From a virus (lineage: Duplodnaviria > Caudoviricetes): DNA of 64,000 bases. The position numbers and the translations under genes are program-made. How positions within the stretch are numbered: position 1 is the stretch's first letter; every line of letters starts with the position of its first letter. Location of the stretch: positions 1 through 64,000 of IMG/VR virus record IMGVR_UViG_3300010365_001171. One strand, given 5' to 3'. Under the pieces are notes generated by a model. It searched no databases. It was given only the letters and a program-made list of their open reading frames with translations, and was not told the origin of the DNA. Of this stretch, positions 52,201 to 61,400 are shown one piece after another.

Positions 52201-54313
52201 AATAATGAATAACAGTAAGAAGGCTAGGATTATCAGTAGATAAACTTTGTAATTTATCAATCATTACATTAATATCTGTAAGACCTGCTAAATTATTTAA
52301 CATTACTTTCCACAATTGTATAGTATCGGCTTTATCCATAAAACCAAAAGAATTCAATTGGATAACATGCTTATCACCAGACGGAGTTACCTTTGGAATA
52401 TTTTCAAGCAAACTTCTTAGTGCTATTGAAGCATCTGCATAAGAATCATTTTCGTTAGTATTTTCAAAACTATTACGAACTTTTTCTAATTCTTCTACTA
52501 TTTCTTCGCCAGCATCATTTACATTATCTTCATCCTCTTCGCTCTTTTCTATATTTTTTATGTTACGCTCTTCTAAATATTCAGACATGAGTACTTGATA
52601 GTTAGAGACTTCTCCATTATCAGTCTGTACTTTATTGTTTAATATACTATTATACACCTTGTGTGCAAGACCCCATTTATCAAGCTTCTCTCCAAATATA
52701 GTATAGTAATTACTTAAATCTTTATAAATTTTAGGAAAAACTTTACTATTAAATATTTTTACGGCCTCTTTGTCATTTAAATCAACATTATTTGCCATAG
52801 CATACTCAGTATACTTTATATCAATATGGTCAAATAAACTATTTACAATTTTATCACTGTCTTGACCTAAATCATCAAATAAATAAGCGCTTCTATTTAA
52901 AGCCCCAAAAAATGAACTTGAAGATTTAGTATAAGAATTTAAATTACCATTTTTTAAATCTGCATAAGCTTTTTCAATAGTAATATCTCCAAATAATTTA
53001 TTTAAAAAAGCCTTAATTTTTTCAAACAATGATTTGTTTTCTTTAATTAAAGAACTTTTACCCGTCTGCATAAAACCTCTAAAATCCTCTGCTATAAACT
53101 CTTCTAAAAATAAAGATTTATCATGGTCATTTAAACTATTATAAATATCTCTATCTTTTTTATTTAATTTTCCTAAAGCTTCATTATAGAGACGATTTAT
53201 TTGAGTGTCTAATAAATACATTTGGGAAAACTCGTGCCATGCCTCATGATATAGCGTACCAGAGGCCGCGTTAGCGTAAAGAGTAACACCTGCCCTAGTC
53301 CAAGTTCCAAATACATTACTATTAATAGTAGCAGAAATGTTAAGTCTTGTCCCATTTAAATTAAGTCTTGAATTAAACCAATTTATTTCTTCAGTAGAAA
53401 CATTTGTATTATTTTCAGCAATAGCAGTCCTATTTAATGTTAAACTTTTTAAATCCCTAGATTCTTCTAAAGTTAGTTCATTCCAAGTGTTACCAAATTC
53501 ATCAGTAATAACTTTTACATTCTCTTTACCATAAGTTTTATTAAGAATATTAGTTACAGTATTTTCATAGAAGTTATAAATAGGTTTTAAAGCACCAAAT
53601 CCTTCAGTTTCTACTCTTTCAAGTTCTTGTTTAAGTTGAGTTATTTCTGTATTAACTCTTTCTTGGTCAGATTTAATTTTAGATACTGTTAAAATATTAG
53701 ATTGTGTAGAATTTTCATTAGCATATTTTTGAGCTTCTTCCTCATTAGTAAATTCTTTATCATTTTCTCCAAAAACATCAAACATATCTCTTACTAACCA
53801 AGTATTATCTAATCTAAATTTTTGATTTTCAAGTTCTTTAATTCTACCTTCTGTCTGTTTCTTAAATTCTTCTAAAGTAGTATGTCCTTCAACTTTACTA
53901 GCAGTATTACCACTAGGAAATAACACTTTTTCATATCCTTTCTTAGCACTATCTTGTATAATAGATTTAACAAAGAATGTTACCCAGTTATTATCTTTTT
54001 GAAGTAATTTAGTAAAAGCATCTGCATTATCTAAATATGTATCTAAAAATGTTTCCCAAGTTTTAGTATATTCATTTGCATTTATCTCAGTACCGTTCTT
54101 ATAATAATGCCAGACATTTTTATCATCTTTTTTTGCAGTATATTTATTATTTTCAAATTCAAAATTATTTCTCCATTTCTGAAATAAATCAGATTGAACC
54201 TCCATCACTCTCCTAACTTTTTGGATAGAAAGAAATTGAGGATTGATTACTTGATTTATAAATTCTTCTTTAGAATTATAAGTTGTTCCTTTATATGTGT
54301 ATTTACAAGCCAT
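46277..54313 (-). CDS. virion-packaged multisubunit-type single-chain RNA polymerase (phi14:2 gp66-like) with N-terminal zincin
   Basis: GYRIPTQ (~48858-48878), GSDFDVDK (DFDVD 48740-48754), HEAWH (53234-53248); 2678 aa. Confidence 0.88.
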   Translation of the reverse strand: MACKYTYKGTTYNSKEEFINQVINPQFLSIQKVRRVMEVQSDLFQKWRNNFEFENNKYTAKKDDKNVWHYYKNGTEINANEYTKTWETFLDTYLDNADAFTKLLQKDNNWVTFFVKSIIQDSAKKGYEKVLFPSGNTASKVEGHTTLEEFKKQTEGRIKELENQKFRLDNTWLVRDMFDVFGENDKEFTNEEEAQKYANENSTQSNILTVSKIKSDQERVNTEITQLKQELERVETEGFGALKPIYNFYENTVTNILNKTYGKENVKVITDEFGNTWNELTLEESRDLKSLTLNRTAIAENNTNVSTEEINWFNSRLNLNGTRLNISATINSNVFGTWTRAGVTLYANAASGTLYHEAWHEFSQMYLLDTQINRLYNEALGKLNKKDRDIYNSLNDHDKSLFLEEFIAEDFRGFMQTGKSSLIKENKSLFEKIKAFLNKLFGDITIEKAYADLKNGNLNSYTKSSSSFFGALNRSAYLFDDLGQDSDKIVNSLFDHIDIKYTEYAMANNVDLNDKEAVKIFNSKVFPKIYKDLSNYYTIFGEKLDKWGLAHKVYNSILNNKVQTDNGEVSNYQVLMSEYLEERNIKNIEKSEEDEDNVNDAGEEIVEELEKVRNSFENTNENDSYADASIALRSLLENIPKVTPSGDKHVIQLNSFGFMDKADTIQLWKVMLNNLAGLTDINVMIDKLQSLSTDNPSLLTVIHYLGGKNPSKLTLQATIKRSDFYHTFSNTLVPREVSLYDSKKGSISLKRANNKSEERLFDSWKTNFEDSPYAFKGVNGVKFLFKDFLADFPFYSIEITDEMFSKPTFKPVINEIKAKRVEFLKALGIDLSEDAVKSGEFDLILKNYQSEGNFDIIHDIHRWITTMISNNNPINNVIGDMLEYSSFKDLKGQAIIGRKKDLKRLGEIELKYSSTFFEPSIYNAADKPEYEHQLNNYMTLLSNTLNNPEYETLNEIFALPEYNHLNPDANPMLLGSLVINRLFTKNTEGIWERNKENGKNVTYSLISYNGLDILKVASENLNEKGQVTTKLAAFDKLSMDILNALSIGVQENIRTGDKSSAYAYKMSSWGKDNSGKKLNTPISLEEASVISLRNINSSHIAGGTFMRDLLLSEIKRIKIAKTTKLNSKIYDKKATTFVIFDALLSNGVKADLQSLIDSASSPDHAVLLAKEYILGPKGERIKDSITTYFLGKNGTAVAMEKALLDGGLSLLAYEGDDGKMVEGISGLFGSIKYRDGKSLTIKEIAHAYSTISFILNAENMRVLYGDLAFYKDPFKRFSGFSATGTMARTDDEMLRFLRNNPNTLLQSRNYMYENDLLDEADFQISNEFKVAVFKDVRNVSQFYETIRAGIKNQKLKEGFSEETAEEYVDKLDVLELYRGKALEEGHEGYEEPDATAVCTLEWYRVDSLRTESWSEKQENAFVKIITGEALSNEEIALFPVRKDQYTGGIKNSLGLFVPALHKYAIVPLIPSVIAGTPYEKLNNRMLRQRVGYATFASGSKIETLTDENGQINDFYGEDGDFNDKELTTQTIFWKFMKNQVKIAPKMKTENTFGTQYRKLLFQDKFNGGVPVDVKDDNWFNLTLDEKIKLSPIFKLYHEYNTLLQDMVNHEKDGLIKELGIKQINEKSTITNWSNLRDLIKQEIQRRDLPNSVLDTFKTITKKGSKDEVELSVSDLEGAKNKLIVEKILFSIINNRLVNQKVYGDALVQASVTGFEKTYVKERFKNKGYSKDLAFYRIDPNTGETLAMQVKISFDPNKHMALLALEFEGKNFKRETLAESIKDLNAILMAARLDENSKEGKWVEKNKKFLTMVGYRIPTQGLNSIEVMQVVEFLDPSMASTIIVPSEIVVSAGSDFDVDKLNIFQYKISGGIEEGSKPFILTKTFDKNGIKTVFSNRLLDVAVKSLLMPESFEGMVTPNSTNIIKDQIADKIKAAVGARTGEFNLSKSPTLVLDALNILEQFNAFLGGKDTLGIAALANTFTQLYQSSGAYLSNFVDKREVMYFLPHRKVIVDGVEHIDYSHSYTLDDIKKSELFSQFINAYVDIAKEPFIFYMNAGKMMAPVIFHMLQMGTSPIDVANFMNQPIIRDYVKMLNMKESKFLKIAFSRSRNEELSGNFKSFVQDSLVEKYSDSNKGFKGIKNDFLSNYVKYANSSYERISKSLADDLIMPLNFDKNSPSSKRQLIYLAQLDELLFQSGLLRDVTGTLNFDTGKTSNIMSLIDKSQKVTKYSKTDNIFPSVVYNRIKNETPIRAFENFDLLKELFTPLFPLSSNPLVLDTLAKIKLDLTKAGIYGAKSVEKVEKLFYNQLISFIVQNGLIVEGKFVNNIFTKYAKMLSGENNIGTRLNNLQNRFEEVMPNAKETRFINLFSKKESKNSNIVSITYEGDRITGRLANAYEKQFSDLLEFTHPDEKFADDVRTFFKDLIYTNLVENGISKTGTTFNELIPSEEFRNVVRPLIDSFISQITQTQSGTNLFKGFLDHFPALFRQNNGGIFKEISAKGTGNFKEYKLRISNGLFRLSPTIVSKKNAFIEIDPNFSSDLLGGDTVGTLTPATGTFSFYGFTNIKNAAKLSAWQNVEAVSPSAVSYYNVKTRVLSNEQLFIEGKKTALTLPVTITQVKEGDKTIDTLKIEDKSYRVGDVVFFGHSFNKFRITALVDLGKNLNNHDMLTVMAKKEYVNL

Positions 54314-54316
54314 AAT

Positions 54317-55000
54317 TTACTTCTTTTTTGTTAATGAAGGATTTTTAAAATTTAGAACAGTAGTATTTTCTAACAAATTAAAATATTCTTTCCAGGTTTG
54401 ATTAGATACAAATCTCAAAATACTTCTATAATTAAAATCATATTCTTTACAAATTTGTTTAATTGTTTTAATATTACTTTCTTTATTTGCAATATCTACA
54501 AATTTTAAAATCTGTTCTGAATTTACTTTATCTCCAATTCTATTACCTTTAATTTGGTTTACTATTTTAGATACTTTTTCTTTAGTTTCTTTAGAATGAG
54601 TTTTACCTAATTTCAATTGTCTTTGTGCTTCTTTTTGTTCAGGAGTTCTAATTTTGCCTTTTAGAGATTCAGAAAGATTTTGTTTATGTTCTGATGTAAA
54701 AATTCTGTTTAAATTTGAACCTGCTGTTGGGCAAATATTATATTTAGGTAACAATGTATCTATATAATGTTGTTCTCTAACAAGTAAATTTTCTTTTTCA
54801 CATTCTTCAATTAAAGTTATTAAAAAAGAATCTTCTTTATATTTATTAAATGCTCTTTGAAGTTTAATTGAGTAATGTTTATTTTGTCTTAATAAACATA
54901 AGTGAGAACCTTTTCTAACATTGAAATTAGAACAAGAACCTATATACAAGTTTCCATTTATAGTATTTTCTATTTTATAAATTCCTACCATCTTATCCAC
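54317..55000 (-). CDS. free-standing GIY-YIG homing endonuclease with NUMOD3 repeats
   Basis: VGIYKIEN...LYIGSC; H.Q.LSESLKG and HSKETKEK repeats. Confidence 0.9.
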   Translation of the reverse strand: MDKMVGIYKIENTINGNLYIGSCSNFNVRKGSHLCLLRQNKHYSIKLQRAFNKYKEDSFLITLIEECEKENLLVREQHYIDTLLPKYNICPTAGSNLNRIFTSEHKQNLSESLKGKIRTPEQKEAQRQLKLGKTHSKETKEKVSKIVNQIKGNRIGDKVNSEQILKFVDIANKESNIKTIKQICKEYDFNYRSILRFVSNQTWKEYFNLLENTTVLNFKNPSLTKKK

Positions 55001-58000
55001 AATTAACTTCTAATATACCACTTTTTTTCATAATTTCTATCAAATTATCAATATCTTTTTCTTGATAATTTTGTTTTTCATCTGCTCTCATCCAACCAAT
55101 TGTATTATCTGTTTTAAACTGGGCGTGAGATTGTATAGAAGGAACTATCATAGGAGTTTCAATGTTAGCTTCTATATAACTTCCATTAGTACCACCTGGA
55201 ACTGTTAAGTTAAAATAATGTTGAGTATTTTCAGTAGTTTGTTCTCTTGCTTTTAAATATTCTTCTTTTGTTATTTCTTGTGGTTCTGTAAATGTATCAG
55301 GTTCCCACATTTGAAAGTTTTGAGAGTCTGTAATATCAGATACTTCAAAAATTTGAAGTCCATTTGAACTATATCCTCTTCTATAATATTTATTATTTAA
55401 TACAAAACCATCAGTAGTATTATCTTTATCTAGTTGTTTTTTAGCGGTATTAATCTCAACACTATAACTATAATTGGAAGCTAATTCTAAAACTATTTGT
55501 TCTCTTAAATCAGATTGTTGAGATTGTAAAATATACTCTTTAAATCCTTCTATATCTTGTTTAGAACCCAATATATGAATTTGTTCGGGTTCAAATACTA
55601 CAAAAACATCCCCTCTAGTATCAAAGTCAATAGTATTTCTTCTAATTGTAGTATTATTATTTTCTTTAATATTTAAAATAGCTGGTATAATTCTAGTACC
55701 TACCCTATCTGCAATTTTATATGAACCAAAATAAAAACCCTTAGCCATGTCGTCACTTCTTAGGCCCTGACCTTTACCTATAAAAGATTTATCAAAATTA
55801 TCAAATTTAGGTTTTTCTCTCCCAGAATTATCGAAACCTCTTGTACCATGATAAACAATATCTTTTACTTTACTACCAGGAAATATAGTATCTAAATATT
55901 GAGAATATTGCTCTGATGTACCTATATTAGCTAATTCAGGATTAGATTCAAATAATTCTGGTACACCTTTTGTAGGCTCTGTATTAGAAATTATTTTTTC
56001 TCTATCAGTAATATCTAAATCTAAAAGTAATTGTTTTTGAGCACTAGGTATTTGAAGTTCAGTTAAAATTTTATTTAAATCCCAACCATTCTTTTTACCT
56101 TTTTCAAATACTTGTTTAGCCTTATCAGAAGATAAAATATCTACAGCTTTTAAATTATAATCTACTTTACTTAAATTTAAAGAACTAGACTCTATAACAG
56201 AATTAGCTTGATTATTAATTTTTCTATTTTCAACTTTGTTAAGTAAAACATTTATATCAGAATTTGTAATTTTAAGAGTTATGCCTAAAGATTTTAAAAC
56301 CTCTTTTATAAAAGCCACTATTTTATTATACATAGTAGGGTTAGTAGTAGGAGTCTCTGCTAATTTAGCTATGTACTCTTGTCCAACTTGGCTTATTTCT
56401 GCTTTACTAAGAGATTTGATTTCTTTCCCATAATATAATTGACTAATTTTCTCTATAGCAGCTCTTTGTTGGCCGGAAGATTTTGTAACTAAGTCAGAAG
56501 CAAAAGTATCTAATTTATCACCTAAATAATTTATAACGCCTGCGTGACCTAATGTTTCATGTCTATAAGTTTCTTCAGCCTCTCCCATTGTAGTTAGGTT
56601 AGACTGTATTAAGTACACTTTTCCGGAAGCTTTATGATATAGACCTTTAACCTCACCTTCAGCCCCCATATTTTTAATAGCTTCTTGGATATCTAAAGGA
56701 AGTTCTGTTTCATATTTGACAATAACAGCATCAGGATACCGTTCCTGAAGCTTTTTAACACTCGTACCTCTAGTATCTTTTGTTACAGATGCTGTTTTAC
56801 CTTTTTTAGATAAATCAACTGAAAATGGAGTATCCTCATCATTGTCTAAACTATCAGCTTCATTTGCTTCAGTACTAATTTCTGTAGGATTTAATTCGTT
56901 AGAACCAGTTTTTATAGAATCCTCTTTTATGTTTAAACCGTCTGTGGAAAGAAGGTTTAACTGATCCTTTAAATATTTAAATAATTTTGGTGCTTTTTGT
57001 TCAAGCATTGCTTTACCTGTACCAATACCATCAGCAGGTATTACAATTGTTTTACCACTATCTTTAGCTTGTTGAATAGCTTCATCTACTTGTTGTTTAA
57101 ATTGATTAAAATCTGCATCAGTAAAGTAAGAAGAGTTATTAAATGTAGCTATTTTATACTCTATTTGCCAAGCTTTATTTAACTTAGGTTTTACTTTAGA
57201 ATTAAAATAATCAACAGACCACCCTTCTAAAGAACTCCATTGTTCAGGGGTTTTACCACTACCTACTAATTTATGTAAAGGTTTAGTAACTTCAACTAAT
57301 ACTTTTTTATTATTTTGCCCTTCCCACTCTATTACATCTCCTACCCTTAAATTTTTCCAATATTCAATATGGCCATCAGATTCATATCTTGTAGTAGCAG
57401 TCCTCTCACCTTTTTCAATAGCTTCTAAAGTAGTATTAGCTATAACATCATTTCTCTTATTATCACCATAAGAAAAAGACATCTTACCTTTAGCAGAGGG
57501 TTTAGCTATATTACCTTCATTAGTCTTCCTATTCTTTTTAGTATCAATACCAATAGCATTAGGTAAACCTCTGATAACAGCTTGTGTAGATGAAGGTACG
57601 TATCCTATAGTTCTATCTGATGTATTATCACCAAATAAAAATACCTTATCAGTTTGCTTGGCTACATCAGCTCTAGTCCAAAAGCCATTAAAAAATTCTA
57701 CTTTATTTAAACTAGGGTTTTGTGGAATTTCTAATTGCTCTCCCCTTTTATCAGAAGAATTTACTACCTCTTTAGTAGTATTAATATCTACAGTGCCTGC
57801 TACTGTTGTTTTGACATCAAACTGGCCTTTATACACTAATAAAAGATCTAAAAATCTTTCTACAGTCCAATCCCCTTCTTTTAAATCAGTTGATTCTAAT
57901 TTAGGTTTTAAAAGCATGTCTACCCCTGACTTAAACTTAGTTACAGTTTTTCTAAAAGAATCTTCAACACCACTAAGAATTTTACCTGTTTTAGGGTCAA

Positions 58001-58466
58001 GTCTTTTATTACCCGCCAATTCAATTGCATTAGCGACTTTCTGTAAATTAAAATTTGTACCAGTAAGACCTTCTAAAGACTTTTCTAAGACTTCCTTATA
58101 CAAAATACCATCAAGATTTGCTAACAGCTTATTAAAAACTGTTGGGTTCTCTTTTTCGATTAATTGTAGAAAAGGCAGAGAAAAATGTTTTAATAACGTA
58201 CTATTAGATACTACTTTTCCCTTATTAATGTATACGGTACCTTCGTTGTTAATAACACTTATTTGGTTAGTTAACAAATCATTTACAATACTGTTTACTT
58301 TATATGTTTTTGATTTTTCGAATGATTTAATAAAATCTTCCGAGGAACCCTTCATATCTGTATCAGAGGATTCATTTTGTATAAATTGAGCAACTGATAC
58401 ATACCCATACTTAGCAATTGCCTTTGCGGCTTTTATTAACGTCTCTGACGTTAGACATACACTCAT
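54993..58466 (-). CDS. polyvalent virion protein: Macro-like(+ASCH insert), zincin metallopeptidase, ART-like, LPD-type half domain
   Basis: FLFGDN..QAVIR..NAIGIDTK...GIGTGKA; EGERTATTR..VGD; HETLGH; VYHGT..KGFYF..VVFEPEQI; HAQF..IGWMRAD. Confidence 0.75.
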   Translation of the reverse strand: MSVCLTSETLIKAAKAIAKYGYVSVAQFIQNESSDTDMKGSSEDFIKSFEKSKTYKVNSIVNDLLTNQISVINNEGTVYINKGKVVSNSTLLKHFSLPFLQLIEKENPTVFNKLLANLDGILYKEVLEKSLEGLTGTNFNLQKVANAIELAGNKRLDPKTGKILSGVEDSFRKTVTKFKSGVDMLLKPKLESTDLKEGDWTVERFLDLLLVYKGQFDVKTTVAGTVDINTTKEVVNSSDKRGEQLEIPQNPSLNKVEFFNGFWTRADVAKQTDKVFLFGDNTSDRTIGYVPSSTQAVIRGLPNAIGIDTKKNRKTNEGNIAKPSAKGKMSFSYGDNKRNDVIANTTLEAIEKGERTATTRYESDGHIEYWKNLRVGDVIEWEGQNNKKVLVEVTKPLHKLVGSGKTPEQWSSLEGWSVDYFNSKVKPKLNKAWQIEYKIATFNNSSYFTDADFNQFKQQVDEAIQQAKDSGKTIVIPADGIGTGKAMLEQKAPKLFKYLKDQLNLLSTDGLNIKEDSIKTGSNELNPTEISTEANEADSLDNDEDTPFSVDLSKKGKTASVTKDTRGTSVKKLQERYPDAVIVKYETELPLDIQEAIKNMGAEGEVKGLYHKASGKVYLIQSNLTTMGEAEETYRHETLGHAGVINYLGDKLDTFASDLVTKSSGQQRAAIEKISQLYYGKEIKSLSKAEISQVGQEYIAKLAETPTTNPTMYNKIVAFIKEVLKSLGITLKITNSDINVLLNKVENRKINNQANSVIESSSLNLSKVDYNLKAVDILSSDKAKQVFEKGKKNGWDLNKILTELQIPSAQKQLLLDLDITDREKIISNTEPTKGVPELFESNPELANIGTSEQYSQYLDTIFPGSKVKDIVYHGTRGFDNSGREKPKFDNFDKSFIGKGQGLRSDDMAKGFYFGSYKIADRVGTRIIPAILNIKENNNTTIRRNTIDFDTRGDVFVVFEPEQIHILGSKQDIEGFKEYILQSQQSDLREQIVLELASNYSYSVEINTAKKQLDKDNTTDGFVLNNKYYRRGYSSNGLQIFEVSDITDSQNFQMWEPDTFTEPQEITKEEYLKAREQTTENTQHYFNLTVPGGTNGSYIEANIETPMIVPSIQSHAQFKTDNTIGWMRADEKQNYQEKDIDNLIEIMKKSGILEVNCG

Positions 58467-61400
58467 TATAAACAGTCTTTATAAATTAAATAATCTTCTA
58501 TTGTATTTGATTTTGATAATTTGTGTTCTCTTAATACAAAAGCTTTAAATTTCTGATACTCTTCATTACTTACAAAGTTACCGCTATTTTCTAGCATTTC
58601 CAAATCTTTTTCAATATTTTTTTCATCAGAAAAGAATTTTACACCTTGTGAAAATTTACTTGACAAAACATTAACAAAAGCGGTGTCCGTATAATTCTGT
58701 ATTACTGGACTTCCCTTTTTTAAACTAAAATAAGGAGTGGTACTTTTAAACTTATTATCTAAAGAAATATTGATAGTTCCATTGTCATAAACATACTGTT
58801 TATAATCTCCTTTTACTACCTCTAACTTTCCATTAACGATTTTAAACATATCAGTGGTTTCTTCATCAGTAGAAGTTTTATCAAAGTTTAAATTAATATT
58901 AAAATCTTTACCACCATATGTATAAGTCTTATTAACAACGGATTTAAAATCTTCTATATTATCTATATATTTAATGGAATTATCTTCAGGATTATAAAAC
59001 TGAACAATGAATTTTAATTCATCATTTTTATTATCTAAATAAAAACTAAACATAGGACGTTCTAAATTTGTAGAGTCTTTTAAAGCCAGCTCAGAATTAG
59101 TGTGTGTAGGAAAAAAGTTAAAATCTGATACATTATAAACATTACCTTCTTTATCATTAAATACATATTGACCAAATTTATTTTTACCACCTTTTGTAGT
59201 AATATAAGCAGTCTTAACGCCATCATTATATAAGTACTCTTGATCCGTATAAACTTCTAATTTAGTGCCCTCTAAAGTTTCAATGATAATTTTTTTATTA
59301 ATATTAGTTTTATCTATTTTTTCATTAAACAAGTACTTATTTAATAACTTAGATAATTCTAAACTGGCAGCGCCAGTTTGTTTATTATCCCCCATATAAC
59401 TAAGTACGTATTTAGGTATATCACCACTGAATAATGATTCAAAATAATTTAAAGCTTCACTTTCACTAAAACTTTTTGGTTGTATAAATATTCGATATTG
59501 CCCGTAATTAAAAAATGGAAGATTCTTCTTTTTTTCTTTCCCGGTATTTTTATCTTCCGCATAAAACTTAATCTGTTTAGGATTAGTTAAACCATAAGAA
59601 GTTGGTTTAGGGTCATTTGGCGTTATAACTACATGTCCTACATTAGAAAAAGATATATTATACATCATAGGCTTAGCTTTATGGCTACCCGCTAAAGAAA
59701 CAATCTCTGCTGTTTGACTATTATAAGTTTCTTCAAATTTAGCAATAGCAGCCTCTTCTGTTAAACCCTCAGCAAGATAATTATTAATCATTCTTTCTCT
59801 TCTACCATTAAATGAACGAATATCGCCATTAACAAACCGTTCATTCATATTTTTTTGACTAGGTAGATTAGTAGTTACTATATTCATAACATCTCCATAA
59901 CCAACATCCCCTGGATTTAGTAATTCACCTTCTCTGTTAAAGTACAACATATTACCATCCTTATCTGTAATATGACCTTCTAAAAACCTTTGTTTATCTT
60001 GGTACTCTTCGTTGGTATTTACTGCATAGCCGCCAAATGACTGTCTTGCTAGTTTTCCAGCCTCATAAGCAGCTTCAAAAGTATTTCCTTGAGGTGTGCC
60101 CAAAGAAGCATTTCTAGTAGCTAAAGGCCATGAAATATCAGGCTGAGAAAATGTTATTGCATACTTATCTTTATTACCCTGTTGATCATGGGAAATAAAT
60201 TCAAAGACTTTAAGATTTCTGAGCTGTATTAAATTTGGCTTTGCGGCAGCTTTTTGTTCGGGAGTGCCATAAAGATATAATCTTTCCTCATTAAAATTAT
60301 TTTCTGACTTAACAAAAGTATCAGCAGATTTACCAACAGCTGTTTCAACTGTTTCTACACCTGTAAAATCTTTTGGTGTAACAAATGGGCTAATAGTATC
60401 AACTTTAACAGGTTTTTTAGTCTCTTCAAGTAAAATATCTTGTATTTTATTGTCTATTAAATCATTTAAATTTGCAAATTCTTCATTAGTAATTAATTTT
60501 TTACTGAGGTATTTATTAATATCAGTTCTAACATCATTTAAATCTTGAATAGTTAAATTAGATAAATTTATTTTATTAATTATTTTGTTGGAAGGAGTAA
60601 CTTTATTAACTGAATCAATATCTTTTCCTTCTCTAAATTGTTCTGCTGCATTTTTTATGTTATTTATTAAATTATAATAATGTGGTATAGATTCTGTATT
60701 TAGTACTTCAATTAATGTATTTGGTGTAAAGTTTAAAAAGTTATTTAAAGCTTCTATAGAAGATGTATTAAAACTAAGTAATTGTAAAAGATCTTCTGGA
60801 AACTCAACATTTAAAACATTCTCAATAATAGTATGAAGTTGGCTTGAATTAAGATCTTCTAAGGAGTTTTTTGTTAAGAGATTCTCAAGAACATCACTAT
60901 CAATAAATTCATTTGCTGCTTTTTCTGCTGCAATGTCTTTAAGATGTTGTTCTCTCATTTCCTCTAAAAAGATTTCTTCTGCATTCTCTTTTTGCTCTCT
61001 TTGTAAAACAGCCCTTTCTTCTAACTCCCTCTGCATGGCACTAAAAGACCCATGCGTTACCATTAAATCCAAAATTTCATTATACACATCCATATCGTCT
61101 TCAGTGTCCCTAGCACCTAACTCATGCCAAACACCTCCTGCAAAATCTGAAAAAGATGTGCCACCTGTTTTAGATAAATACCTTTTAAAACCTAAAAATT
61201 CTTTAGGAAACGGCCTTCTACCTATCCTAGTTTCAACTCTAGTGAACGCCTTAACTAAACTGTCTGAATTTATTTTAAATCTCTTTGAGTCGGGGGCTCC
61301 TGCAATACTTACTAAAACTTCATCATTAAGATTAGCGGGCTCAAATTTAAGGAGTGATTCTTTAACATATTTTCTATAATCACGTCTTTCTTTACGCTCT

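Noticed and set aside
54313-55000. Self-splicing intron around the GIY-YIG between the giant genes
   Set aside because: The HEG overlaps the upstream gene by 8 nt and ends 3 nt from the next ATG, leaving no room for a ribozyme core.
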